A DNA stretch of 64,000 bases from Fibrobacteria bacterium (GTDB taxonomy: Bacteria > Fibrobacterota > Fibrobacteria > UBA11236): contig JBGTHM010000032.1 in the NCBI GenBank assembly GCA_041746255.1, positions 32,001 to 96,000 of the forward strand, written 5' to 3'. Shown in pieces: positions 9,665-19,151 of the stretch (positions are counted from its first letter, which is position 1; each line of letters opens with the position of its first letter). The notes below the pieces were generated by a model that saw only the letters and a program-made list of their open reading frames with translations, had not been told where the DNA came from and ran no database searches. The position numbers were made by a program, and so were the translations under genes.

Positions 9665-11308
9665 ATGAAACCCCTGGCTATCGTCACTCCCGTTTACCTC
9701 CTCTGGTACGCGCTTTTCCTGTTCGCCCCCGGCCTCGTCCGGATGGACGATTTCGGATATTTGCAAAGCGTCGGAGAATCCCTGGTTCAAGGACGTATCC
9801 TTACCCATGATTGGTTGGCCCCGTACAATGTTCCTCTAACGGCCTTGAGTTCGCTCGCCTTTATCGTCTCCGGAAATTTCCATCTTTCCACCTGGGGCCT
9901 GTTGGCCGTATTCAGCCTGGCCAATTTTTTCCTCCTGTATCTTCTACTGCGGTCACGATTGGATGCCTGGACCTCATCGTTGGGCGCCCTGGCGATATCC
10001 ACCTTTCCAATTTATGCGCATAAAACCTCCGAATATGCCGGTCATGTTCCCGCGTTGTTTTTTATGCTGGGCGCTTTACTGGCTTATCGCTATGGAAGGT
10101 GGGGTGTATTTTTCGCTTGCGCTTTTCTGGCTTTTGCCACCCGGCAAAATCAATTTGCCCTGTTGGCGCTTCCCGCCCTTTGGCTGCTGCAACCTGTCGG
10201 CGAAAATCACCGTCGCATGCCACCACTAATCGGCCTCGGTTTTTTCGCCTTCGCCGCGCCGCTTTTGCATTTTTTAACTAATCGCACTTTCTCACAAACT
10301 CAGGATATGTACGCCCATGCGGGTTGGCGGCAGGTGGTTTCCATATTGGAGACATTCGTAATCGGAATGATGGTCGTCACCTTGGTGCTGGCGATATGTC
10401 GATTGTCCTTCTCTGAAAAGGCCAGCGAGGAGGTTTCGAAACCACGCCACGCTACCTTCAAGCGATTGGGTATGGCGTTGGGATTGCTATTGTCGGCCAC
10501 GGGACTTTGCCTGATGCTGATGCGGCCTTTCCCGTTCATTTCTTTTCTGACTCCGCTGGTGGGTAGCCTGGACGGGCGTTGGATGCTGCAGTGGGCGCTT
10601 GCCGTGGCCATGTTGGCGGCTTTGCCTTTCGCACCGCGACTGTGGAATTTTCCCATGCCGTATTGGACTACGCTGACGGGCTTTATCGCTATCAGTAGTT
10701 TGCGCGGGTTTTGGTATGATTTTTACTTCCTCGAATTCTTTTTGTTGGCTTTGTTCGCGTATTTGCAAAACCGGCAGGTTCTCCATTTCAGTTTTACGGG
10801 AAAGCTGATGTTGGGCTTGGTATTGGCGGTTAATCTTGCATGGGCATACGGCTATAAGATTCATTGCGATAAGCAAAGGTTGTCGGCGGAAGCCTATGAG
10901 AGACTGGAAAGAGCCGGGTCGGTGCAGGTGTCGGAAATGACCGACGGGTCGTTCGGCTTTCTAGGGTGGAAGTTGTTCGACCATTATCGGGATAATCCCG
11001 GCCCCGGAAGAGCTTCGGATTTTCAATGCTATGTGCAACGCGACCGGGTGGTGGTGGAAAGCGAGATTCCCTGGCGTCGGAGTTTCAAGCGTGACCTGTC
11101 TGACGGCGAGGTTGTCCTGGACCGGGGAGAGGCGCCGGTGGGTTTTTTCACCCTAGGGTACCGGGTAGTGCGGTTGCACGCCTCCGATGCGTCCTCTTTA
11201 TGTGGAAACAGGCCCATTTCTCTGGAAAACTCGGGTTATACCCCCAAGCCCTTCCCCCTCAACGCCTCCGAATGGAAAGCGTATGGTTTAGGCCAATTTC
11301 AGCCGTAA
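9665..11308 (+). CDS. Polytopic membrane protein, probable GT-C fold glycosyltransferase
   Basis: DD motif after first TM (RMDDFGY), many TM helices, TRQ motif; follows GT2. Confidence 0.6.
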   Translation: MKPLAIVTPVYLLWYALFLFAPGLVRMDDFGYLQSVGESLVQGRILTHDWLAPYNVPLTALSSLAFIVSGNFHLSTWGLLAVFSLANFFLLYLLLRSRLDAWTSSLGALAISTFPIYAHKTSEYAGHVPALFFMLGALLAYRYGRWGVFFACAFLAFATRQNQFALLALPALWLLQPVGENHRRMPPLIGLGFFAFAAPLLHFLTNRTFSQTQDMYAHAGWRQVVSILETFVIGMMVVTLVLAICRLSFSEKASEEVSKPRHATFKRLGMALGLLLSATGLCLMLMRPFPFISFLTPLVGSLDGRWMLQWALAVAMLAALPFAPRLWNFPMPYWTTLTGFIAISSLRGFWYDFYFLEFFLLALFAYLQNRQVLHFSFTGKLMLGLVLAVNLAWAYGYKIHCDKQRLSAEAYERLERAGSVQVSEMTDGSFGFLGWKLFDHYRDNPGPGRASDFQCYVQRDRVVVESEIPWRRSFKRDLSDGEVVLDRGEAPVGFFTLGYRVVRLHASDASSLCGNRPISLENSGYTPKPFPLNASEWKAYGLGQFQP

Positions 11309-11310
11309 AC

Positions 11311-11338
11311 TTGACATTTCCTAAGTGAATCCTATAAT
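11311..11338 (+). promoter_or_regulatory. Sigma70-type promoter for leader-cimA-hisD
   Basis: Perfect TTGACA (11311-11316), 16-nt spacer, TATAAT (11333-11338). Confidence 0.85.
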
Positions 11339-11348
11339 TTGAAGACGT

Positions 11349-11474
11349 ATGCCTGTTTCAAGACCTGACCTTAACTCCCTATCGTCCCGAAATGGCGGCC
11401 AAGCGGCTCACAAGGCTCCTATTTCCGCTATTATTATTCCCATTCGGGAAGGGCGAGCCGTGGGAGCAGGTTAA
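11349..11474 (+). CDS. Putative Ile-rich attenuator leader peptide (41 aa)
   Basis: MPVSRPDLNSLSSRNGGQAAHKAPISAIIIPIREGRAVGAG*; five ATT codons within 8 codons, upstream of a terminator and cimA. Confidence 0.75.
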   Translation: MPVSRPDLNSLSSRNGGQAAHKAPISAIIIPIREGRAVGAG

Positions 11475-11498
11475 TTCATCCGGAAAACCAACACCCTC

Positions 11499-11527
11499 GG
11501 CCCGCTGCAAAAGCGGGCCTTTTTTTT
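11499..11527 (+). terminator. Intrinsic terminator (attenuator) in the cimA leader
   Basis: GGCCCGCT-gcaaa-AGCGGGCC followed by T8, about 50 nt before the cimA ATG. Confidence 0.88.
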
Positions 11528-11576
11528 GGTCCGTTTGCGGTAAGCGGGTCTTCGAGAGGTCAACAAGGACAAAAAA

Positions 11577-13166
11577 ATGAAAAGCGTGAAAATCTACGAC
11601 ACCACCTTACGGGACGGCAACCAAGCCAAAGGGCTTTCCTTTTCCCTGGAAGACAAACTGGCCATCGCCCGCAAGCTGGACGCTTTCGGCGTGGACTATA
11701 TCGAAGGCGGTTGGCCTAATCCCAGTAACGCCATCGACGCCGAGTTTTTCGAGCGCGCCCGCCGCATGGAATGGAAGCATGCGCGCATCGCGGCCTTCGG
11801 CAGCACTTGCCGTCCCAAAATCCATCCCAAGGACGATCCCGTGCTGCGCTATGTGGTGGAATCCCAGGCCCCGGTGATGACGATATTCGGCAAAAGCTGG
11901 GATTTGCACGTAACTGAAGTGTTGCGTACCACGCTGGAAGAAAATCGCCGCATGATCCGCGACACGGTGGCTTACCTGAAAGAAAAAGCCGGCGAGGTGG
12001 TGTACGACGCCGAGCATTTTTTCGACGGTTTCAAGGCCAATCCCGAATACGCCCTGAGTACGCTGGTGGCAGCGCAAGAAGGTGGAGCGGATTGTATCGT
12101 TCTGTGCGATACCAATGGCGGCATGGCGTTGCCCTGGGAGGTGGAGGAAATAACCGCCCGCATCCGCGCCGAATTGAAATGTGGAGTGGGCATCCACGCC
12201 CACAACGATACCGGAACCGGAGTGGCCAATTCGCTGGCGGCGGTCAGGGCCGGGGCCGTGCAGGTGCAGGGAACCATGAACGGCTACGGAGAGAGATGCG
12301 GCAACGCCAATTTGGTGGTGGTGATACCTAGCTTACAAATTAAAATGGGGCATAGCCTGGTATCTGAAAGTCAACTCAAGGGTTTGCGCGCTCTTTCGCT
12401 GAGCATCAGTGAAATCGCCAACCTTTCGGAGGACATTCGGCAGCCTTATGTGGGTGATGCCGCGTTCGCCCATAAGGGCGGAGCGCATATCGACGGTGTC
12501 ATGAAGATAGCGCGCAGCTTCGAGCATATGGATCCCGCGCTGGTCGGCAATGCCCGAGATTTCATCGTCTCCAATCAAAGCGGCAGTAGCCTGATCGTGG
12601 ACAAAATCAGCGCCATCAGTCCCGACCTGGACAAGCGCAGCCCGCAAGTCGCGGAAATTCTCGGCGCCGTCAAGCAGCTTGAGGATGAGGGTTATCATTT
12701 TGAAATCGCCGACGCGAGTTTCCAATTGTTGGCTCGGCGCAAGCTCGCCCTCTTCAAGGACCGTTTCGAATTTTTGGGGTTCCGTTCGATCGAAGAACGC
12801 CGTGAAAGCGGGGAAGTCTATTCCGAATTCACCATCAAGCTTAAGGTGGGGGATGAAATCGAGCATACGGCAGCCGAAGGCAACGGGCCGGTCGATGCCA
12901 TGAATTCCGCCGTGCGTAAAGCATTGATGCGCTTCTTTCCGGAGCTGCAATCGGTGGAATTGGTGGACTACAAGGTGCGCGTGCTGGATAACAATAAAGG
13001 CACGGGCGCCAAGGTAAGGGTGTGGATGAGCTTTCACAACGTCTCCCATCCCGAAGCCGAGCCCTGGGGCACCATCGGGGTTTCGGCCAATATCATCGAA
13101 GCCTCTTGGCTGGCGCTGATGGACGGCATCAACTACCGATTGCTGCAAGCAGGAGGCCGCGCATGA
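11577..13166 (+). CDS. cimA: Citramalate synthase (LeuA-related, CimA type)
   Basis: DTTLRDG, EGGWP, FGKSWDLHV, YDAEHFFDG, LCDTNGG, HAHND, GERCGN, HKGGAH; C-terminal allosteric domain with GNGPVDA. Confidence 0.9.
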   Translation: MKSVKIYDTTLRDGNQAKGLSFSLEDKLAIARKLDAFGVDYIEGGWPNPSNAIDAEFFERARRMEWKHARIAAFGSTCRPKIHPKDDPVLRYVVESQAPVMTIFGKSWDLHVTEVLRTTLEENRRMIRDTVAYLKEKAGEVVYDAEHFFDGFKANPEYALSTLVAAQEGGADCIVLCDTNGGMALPWEVEEITARIRAELKCGVGIHAHNDTGTGVANSLAAVRAGAVQVQGTMNGYGERCGNANLVVVIPSLQIKMGHSLVSESQLKGLRALSLSISEIANLSEDIRQPYVGDAAFAHKGGAHIDGVMKIARSFEHMDPALVGNARDFIVSNQSGSSLIVDKISAISPDLDKRSPQVAEILGAVKQLEDEGYHFEIADASFQLLARRKLALFKDRFEFLGFRSIEERRESGEVYSEFTIKLKVGDEIEHTAAEGNGPVDAMNSAVRKALMRFFPELQSVELVDYKVRVLDNNKGTGAKVRVWMSFHNVSHPEAEPWGTIGVSANIIEASWLALMDGINYRLLQAGGRA

Positions 13167-14443
13167 GTTTGGTGCAAATCATCAAGCTGAATAACCTGCG
13201 CCATCCGGACGTGCGATTGATAACCAACCGCGATGCCAGTCCTTCTCCGGTGGTTACTGAAACCGTGCGAAACATATTGGCCGACGTGAAGGCCGGCGGC
13301 CACAAAGCCGCCGTCAAATACGCGCGGCAATATGACGGCCTGCGCGCGGGAATGGCGGTTACCCACCCTCAACTTCAACAGGCCGCCCAGAAGTTGGACG
13401 CCACGGTCAAAAAAGCTATTCGTCAGGCCATAACCAACGTGTGCCGTTTCCACGAAAACCAGGTCGAACAAAGTTGGAACGTGAAGGGCAAGGAGGGCCA
13501 AGTTCTGGGCCAGATCATCCGTCCCTTGCGGAGGGTAGGGGTTTATGTTCCGGGGGGAGCCGGCGCTTATCCCAGCACTCTCATCATGAATTCAGTCCCC
13601 GCCCAGGTGGCCGGTGTAAAGGAAATCGTAGTGGTGACGCCGGCACCGAAAGGCCTTCACCCCAGCCTGGCATACGCCATTTTACAACTGGGTATTACCG
13701 AGGTTTATAAAATCGGAGGAGCCCAAGCCGTAGGCATGTTGGCCTATGGAACTGAAAAAGTAACCCGGGTGGATAAAATCGTGGGTCCCGGAAACGTCTT
13801 TTCCACTTTGGCCAAAAAGGAGGTTTTCGGCATTGTGGACATCGACATGATCGCCGGACCTTCCGAGGTGCTTATATTGGCGGACGAAACCGCGGATCCG
13901 GATTGGGTGGCCGCCGATATGCTGGCCCAAGCTGAGCACGGGTCGGGTTACGAGGCCGCCATTTGCGTCACGACCTCCACCAAAATGGCCGAGTGGGTTA
14001 GCGCTTGTGTTGAACAACAAGTAGCGGAATCGCCCAAGCAGGAAATTTTGAAAAAAGCCCTATCCCGGTTCGGCCGTATTTATATAGTCCAGGATTGGGA
14101 GGCCGGATGCGAATTGTCCGATGCCATCGCCCCGGAACACCTCGAAATCATGGTAAAAAAACCGGAAAAGCTCTTACCAAAAATCCACAATGCCGGCGCT
14201 ATTTTCATCGGCCCTTATTCCGCCGAGGCCGTGGGCGATTATTTTGCGGGGCCCAACCATGTACTCCCCACGAACGGCTCCGCGCGCTTTTTCTCACCCC
14301 TGGGAACCTACGATTTTTACAAGCGCACCGGGTATTTGTCCTATACGGGCGAAGCGATGCGGAAAAATGGGGAGCAGATTGCCGCCCTGGCCGATGCGGA
14401 AGGATTCTATCACCACGCCCAGTCGGTGCGCAAGCGGCTCTGA
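13163..14443 (+). CDS. hisD: Histidinol dehydrogenase
   Basis: ATGA overlap with cim[42 protein letters not shown]. Confidence 0.95.
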   Translation: MSLVQIIKLNNLRHPDVRLITNRDASPSPVVTETVRNILADVKAGGHKAAVKYARQYDGLRAGMAVTHPQLQQAAQKLDATVKKAIRQAITNVCRFHENQVEQSWNVKGKEGQVLGQIIRPLRRVGVYVPGGAGAYPSTLIMNSVPAQVAGVKEIVVVTPAPKGLHPSLAYAILQLGITEVYKIGGAQAVGMLAYGTEKVTRVDKIVGPGNVFSTLAKKEVFGIVDIDMIAGPSEVLILADETADPDWVAADMLAQAEHGSGYEAAICVTTSTKMAEWVSACVEQQVAESPKQEILKKALSRFGRIYIVQDWEAGCELSDAIAPEHLEIMVKKPEKLLPKIHNAGAIFIGPYSAEAVGDYFAGPNHVLPTNGSARFFSPLGTYDFYKRTGYLSYTGEAMRKNGEQIAALADAEGFYHHAQSVRKRL

Positions 14444-14487
14444 GGGCTATGGGAGAGGACATCCCTCCCCGACAGGGGATATAGGCC

Positions 14488-14516
14488 TTGGCCCGGAGGG
14501 AGGTGGGAGCTATATT
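14488..14516 (+). promoter_or_regulatory. Possible sigma70 promoter for tRNA-Pro
   Basis: TTGGCC-17 nt-TATATT ending 12 nt before the tRNA. Confidence 0.4.
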
Positions 14517-14528
14517 GTCGGGTTCAAT

Positions 14529-14605
14529 CGGGGCGTAGCTCAGTCTGGTAGAGCATCTGCTTTGGGAGCAGAAAGTCGCATGTTCGAATCGTGTCGCCCC
14601 GACCA
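14529..14605 (+). tRNA. tRNA-Pro (anticodon TGG)
   Basis: Acceptor stem CGGGGCG/CGCCCCG, anticodon arm TCTGC-TTTGGGA-GCAGA, TTCGAAT T-loop, encoded CCA. Confidence 0.97.
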
Positions 14606-14758
14606 ATTTCTCCGCATAGACCGCAAAATCCCTTAGGTACCAATCCAAGCATCCGATTCCAGGGTCTTCAGCGGGTTATCACTCAAAAAAAGTGCCTCGG
14701 TAGGCTCCATGACCCGAAATTCTTCAGGAGGCCCTGCATTGGGGCCTTTCCCTACACG

Positions 14759-16807
14759 CTACTGGAATTTCACTCCCGAGAGCTGGAACTCCTTTTTAAA
14801 ACCCGGGGGTTCGTTTTCGTATGTCCGCAGATGGACGCCCATGCTCCGGAAAGTCCGGCCGTAGCGGGGCGGAATTTTTCCCGCATAGGGCTTCAGATAA
14901 CCGTTGACGTTGTCTTGGGTGAAGAGATCCGTGCCGTCTCCGTAGGGCCCTGCGGTGGAAACGGTACCGTTGTTTAGGCGCAACTCAGTGCCCCACAGCA
15001 TAAGATTCGCTTCCCAGTTTTCCAGGATATTGGGGCTCATGAAATCGGTTGAACCATGGCTGGAATTTTTCAGGTAGAAGGATTCATTGATATTGGGCAC
15101 GCCTTGGACAAAGGTTCCGACATAGGCGCCGGCGCAGGCATCCGCGCCTCCCCGGATGCCGTCCTTGAAAGGATCGCGTTCCAACATATTGGCCCGGCCC
15201 CGCTTGGGTGAGGCACTTCCGTGTCCGTATTGGTCTTGATGCCATTTGAACGAGAGAAACCAGATGCGGTTTTCATTGGCGATGACGGCGGCATTCTTGA
15301 TATTGGACGTGTCCATATAGGCCGGAGAAGCGGGGTTTCCGATGCGGCCGGTAAAATCCATGTTTCCGTCGGTGTTTTTACCCACATTGAAATCGCCGGA
15401 AAGGTAGACTTCACCGAAGGTATGGATGGTGATATCCTTCAAAAGCTTGGAAGCGTTATAGATATACAGGTTGGAGCTGTCGCCATCCAGAATGCCTCCG
15501 TTTTCGGAGCTCGGGTAGAATTTGGGGTCGGATAAATCGATTTTTTTGACGTTGATCCAGCGTCCGCTTTTCCAACCGCCCAACCAGACTTTGAAAGTGG
15601 GATGGGTAACTTTGTTGATGCCGCTCACCAACTTACTCATCGACTCGTGTTGATTATGAGCCTTTCTTGGATATCGATACCTGTCCTCATCATTCGCGTT
15701 GACCTCGAGCACCAGAGGCTCATAATGACCATAGGCGGAGTTGAAAATCACGTCGTTGGCCACGCCGGATACGTCGTTCAATCGGAGCACTTCGTCCGCG
15801 CAGGGGTTCTCCCCTGAGAGCGTGGCGGTATCCACCATGGGAATGGTTACCAGCGGGGCCCCATCCTGCACCACTCCTTTGAATTGGGGTTCGATGACCT
15901 CTTTCCAGGTCGGATTATCGCTATCATAAGAATCCGTCGGACCATTGCGGAACATTTCCTGATATACCCCGGCAACTTTTACGAAAACCCGCCCCGAAGC
16001 CAAATGAGAAGTGAAATTAGCCGGCCAATTCCATCCGGCGGCCGCTTCATAGAAAGCGACTTTGTTGTCGTTGATGTATTGTTGTTTCGCCAAAATATGG
16101 TCCTGTCCCGAATTCCGATAGACATGGATTTTTCCACCGGCCGTAATCGAGCCACCGTCGTAAAGAATGGAATCCGTGCCCACTTCCTGCCCACTCAGGT
16201 AAAGGTTGCCGTTGGTGTGGACCTTGCCCTGCACGAAGGATCCGCGGCGCCAGTTGGCGTCTAAATCCCCGTTGGAAAGAAAGGTATAGTTATCAATTTT
16301 GAGTAGGGTCAGGGTGTAGGTGGCTTTCAGTCCGGTGCGCCCATTGATTTCCACTTGCGATTCCACCATCAAGGTGGCCGAATCCTCCATCCAGGATCGC
16401 ACTCGAACCGTTTCGTTCTGTACGTTGCCGGCGAAACTTTCTTCTCCCGAGGCCGTTCGTTTAATCCAACCATCCTCCAGGGTGACCTCTCCACCTCCCA
16501 TGTCCGGTAATTTAGAGACATCGAGCGAGTCGCAGGAGGAATAGGGTGTATCCGAATCGGAATGGGTCAGGAGTAACCCCGATGGAGTACGGTTCATCGC
16601 TTCCAGGATCCAGGCGAATCCGGTTTCGGCGGCTGATTTGGCCTGGATCCTTTCCCAGTAATGGTGTGAGCTGGTCAGCTCGGTTTTGGCGTTGCGTAAC
16701 ATGTAGGAGCCCAGCATGGTTCCCACGAGCAGAATGCCAAGTACCATGGCGATACTGGCGCCCCGCTGGCCGTGTTCGTAACGGTTATCGGGCTTTTCGG
16801 TGAACAT
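14759..16807 (-). CDS. Large PilX-like minor pilin / pilus tip protein
   Basis: GGAGGAGG RBS before ATG 16807; QRG|ASIAMVLGILLV class III-like signal without Glu5; AKSAAETG PilX-type N-terminal motif; long beta-rich C-terminus. Confidence 0.75.
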   Translation of the reverse strand: MFTEKPDNRYEHGQRGASIAMVLGILLVGTMLGSYMLRNAKTELTSSHHYWERIQAKSAAETGFAWILEAMNRTPSGLLLTHSDSDTPYSSCDSLDVSKLPDMGGGEVTLEDGWIKRTASGEESFAGNVQNETVRVRSWMEDSATLMVESQVEINGRTGLKATYTLTLLKIDNYTFLSNGDLDANWRRGSFVQGKVHTNGNLYLSGQEVGTDSILYDGGSITAGGKIHVYRNSGQDHILAKQQYINDNKVAFYEAAAGWNWPANFTSHLASGRVFVKVAGVYQEMFRNGPTDSYDSDNPTWKEVIEPQFKGVVQDGAPLVTIPMVDTATLSGENPCADEVLRLNDVSGVANDVIFNSAYGHYEPLVLEVNANDEDRYRYPRKAHNQHESMSKLVSGINKVTHPTFKVWLGGWKSGRWINVKKIDLSDPKFYPSSENGGILDGDSSNLYIYNASKLLKDITIHTFGEVYLSGDFNVGKNTDGNMDFTGRIGNPASPAYMDTSNIKNAAVIANENRIWFLSFKWHQDQYGHGSASPKRGRANMLERDPFKDGIRGGADACAGAYVGTFVQGVPNINESFYLKNSSHGSTDFMSPNILENWEANLMLWGTELRLNNGTVSTAGPYGDGTDLFTQDNVNGYLKPYAGKIPPRYGRTFRSMGVHLRTYENEPPGFKKEFQLSGVKFQ

Positions 16808-16830
16808 ACTTTCCTCCTCCCGCCTGGGAA

Positions 16831-17430
16831 TCAATTTCCAGCCAGCGACAGATTACGGGGAGCTACTTTGAAGTTTGTCGACCGGGTCATAAGCGAATCG
16901 CCTTGGAATTTCCCCCGCCGGAATGATCGAAGGGAAACTTCGACGCTACGTACGTTGGCGGCGGCTCCGGTTACGTTTCCCGAGGCCGTTAAATAACGGA
17001 ATTCCAGGCTGTCGACGCCTTTGGCCATGGGGTTTTCCTGGATTCGATCCGAACCCGAGGCGGGCCGGCAGGTCAGTTTCCGCATCAATTCCGCATCCGG
17101 GCTGAGGAAGAATTCCATGGAAACCGTATCGGCTTTTTCGCAGATCAGGCTGTCGTCCGCTAAAAACCGGATGCCGAGGCTATCCTTCTCCGCGGTTACG
17201 ATGGCCACAGCCGATGGGATGCGATACCCCGCCCGGCTGATATATCCGGTCATCTGGCTGGAGATTCTTTTATTGGCGAGTTGCAATTCCACCACGGTAT
17301 TCTGACGGTGTGAGGCTTCCCGCTGACTTCGATAGACGATCATCGCGATGTAAACCACCATCGAGACCAGGGCGGCGGCTATCATCAGTTCGACCAAGGT
17401 CACGCCTTTTTGCCCGTGGAGGTTATTCAT
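16831..17430 (-). CDS. Prepilin-type minor pilin (PilW-like)
   Basis: QKG|VTLVELMIA cleavage/methylation motif. Confidence 0.85.
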   Translation of the reverse strand: MNNLHGQKGVTLVELMIAAALVSMVVYIAMIVYRSQREASHRQNTVVELQLANKRISSQMTGYISRAGYRIPSAVAIVTAEKDSLGIRFLADDSLICEKADTVSMEFFLSPDAELMRKLTCRPASGSDRIQENPMAKGVDSLEFRYLTASGNVTGAAANVRSVEVSLRSFRRGKFQGDSLMTRSTNFKVAPRNLSLAGN

Positions 17431-17848
17431 TTCTTCCCTGTATGTAGGACTGCAGGGAAATGGATTGCGAATCGGATTCCGTGCCTTTTTTCAACCAGTT
17501 CACTTGTGTGCGTAACCTAAGAAATCGTTCTCCCAGGCGACCGCGGGTAAAGGAATTCGTGATCGAGAATTCGGTATGCTCCAGCGTTTCCTTAACCGCA
17601 GAAATGAAATAAACCGAATCGGCATCGACATAGGCGGAGAATTGTTGGAAGTGGGCCGGTTCCGCCAAATAAGATGCGTAATACTCAACTTCGTTTTGGA
17701 TCAAACCGGCGGCTTGGGACAGGTCGCCGCTTTTTTTGTTCAAACCGCCGGCCGTCCGGCTATAAATCGTGGTAAAAGCCGCCACCAGGGCCAGCAGAAT
17801 CATCCCAATGGCGACTTCCAGAAAGGTAAAGCCTTTTTGCATGTACAT
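17423..17848 (-). CDS. Prepilin-type minor pilin (PilV-like)
   Basis: QKG|FTFLEVAIG motif; overlaps the next gene. Confidence 0.85.
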   Translation of the reverse strand: MYMQKGFTFLEVAIGMILLALVAAFTTIYSRTAGGLNKKSGDLSQAAGLIQNEVEYYASYLAEPAHFQQFSAYVDADSVYFISAVKETLEHTEFSITNSFTRGRLGERFLRLRTQVNWLKKGTESDSQSISLQSYIQGRNE

Positions 17849-18060
17849 AACTGATATTATATCACTTATTGCAATGACTCAAACATTGCCGGAGCGTCCT
17901 GAAAAAGCGCAAATCCCGTTATTAGCCGACCGCCGGAGAGTTGCGACGTCTCAATGATGGGTCATGGAGGGGGTAACTTTCCCATTCACCCGTGTTTTAC
18001 GGGTAAATCAGGCCACATATCCCCTAAAAGTGCGAAATTTTGGCTAAAAATACAAAAAAT

Positions 18061-18080
18061 CTGTTCCCAAGTGGGAACAG
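18061..18080. promoter_or_regulatory. Palindromic putative operator, copy 1
   Basis: CTGTTCCC-AAGT-GGGAACAG perfect inverted repeat in the divergent intergenic region; near-identical copy at 24061. Confidence 0.6.
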
Positions 18081-18218
18081 AAGTTGGAAACCCCAACCAG
18101 TTAAAACCGTCGAACCCCCTAATATAGAGAGAGTTGAATTGCATTTTTTCGGAATCTTCTTGGGATTTGGGAAAGAATACAGATTGCGGACAGGTAACCT
18201 AAAATTGATAGGGGTAAT

Positions 18219-19151
18219 ATGAAATCCATTAAATATTTCTTGATGATTTTTATGGCGAGTACATTTGGTTTAGCGGATCTGACCGCCGCCGTTTATCAGG
18301 AAGCGGGCGGGTATGTCGTGATGGAAATGGAGAAAACGGAAACGAATTTCAGCCAATGTTGGACACTGGAGACAACGAAAAATCCGGAAGGCGGCGGCGC
18401 GTTAAGACAAGCGAAATGCAATAACCCTAGTGTGGGCAATCCCCAAAATCCCCTCAAATACACCTTTAAAATTAACAGCGCAGGGGTATACACCTTATTC
18501 CTGAAGATTTGGAAAGATCATAAAAAAACGAATTCCGAGCCTGATAAAAGTAACGATGTATACGTGCGTGTAGAGGGTGATTTCACGACGGGTGGAGATG
18601 CCTCCACCGAAGCTTTGAAACAAGATCAGAAACACTATGGTGGCGCAAGTGATGCTTATGCCTGGACTGGTGGAAAACTTGATTACGATCACAAAAAATG
18701 GGACAGTAAATACACTTTTAAAGCGGGTCAAACCTATAATCTGTTTATCTCCGCTCGCGCTCAACATACCGTAGTGGATCGAATTCTCTTCGCAACCTCC
18801 GCGGGTGCGGCCAAAGGCAAGGCGAACGGGACCCCCGAATCTTCTACTTCGGGAACCACCGGCACCCTAATAACAGCCTCTCAATCCCTTGCCATGCCCA
18901 GCATTGCGGCGCATCCCGGAGCCCAGAATATTGAATTCAAGCTGGCGCAAATAGAAGCCTCAGGGGAAAAAGCGGCCGTATTGGAAATTTATAACGTGCA
19001 GGGAAACCTCATGAAACAAATTCCCGTGAAGGCGGAAAAGTTAAGCTGGGATAAAACGGATGTTCGAGGGAATAAGGTTCCCAACGGCATGTACATCGCT
19101 GTTGTGCAGATGAAAAACTATAGCATTCAGCAAGCTTTTCCGGCTTTTTAA
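18219..19151 (+). CDS. Secreted beta-sandwich (carbohydrate-binding-like) protein with FlgD-Ig/T9SS-like C-terminal domain
   Basis: Signal peptide; YQEAGGYVVMEME start of a CBM-like fold; Ser/Thr/Gly linker; IYNVQG...WDKTDVRGNKVPNGMY tail. Confidence 0.65.
   Translation: MKSIKYFLMIFMASTFGLADLTAAVYQEAGGYVVMEMEKTETNFSQCWTLETTKNPEGGGALRQAKCNNPSVGNPQNPLKYTFKINSAGVYTLFLKIWKDHKKTNSEPDKSNDVYVRVEGDFTTGGDASTEALKQDQKHYGGASDAYAWTGGKLDYDHKKWDSKYTFKAGQTYNLFISARAQHTVVDRILFATSAGAAKGKANGTPESSTSGTTGTLITASQSLAMPSIAAHPGAQNIEFKLAQIEASGEKAAVLEIYNVQGNLMKQIPVKAEKLSWDKTDVRGNKVPNGMYIAVVQMKNYSIQQAFPAF

Noticed and set aside
14727..14750. Hairpin between tRNA-Pro and the pilX-like gene as a terminator
   Set aside because: Short stem with a weak U-tract on either strand; not supportable
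18061..18080. Palindrome as a LexA/SOS box
   Set aside because: Spacing TGTTC-N8-GAACA does not match the LexA boxes I know, and adjacent genes are not repair genes
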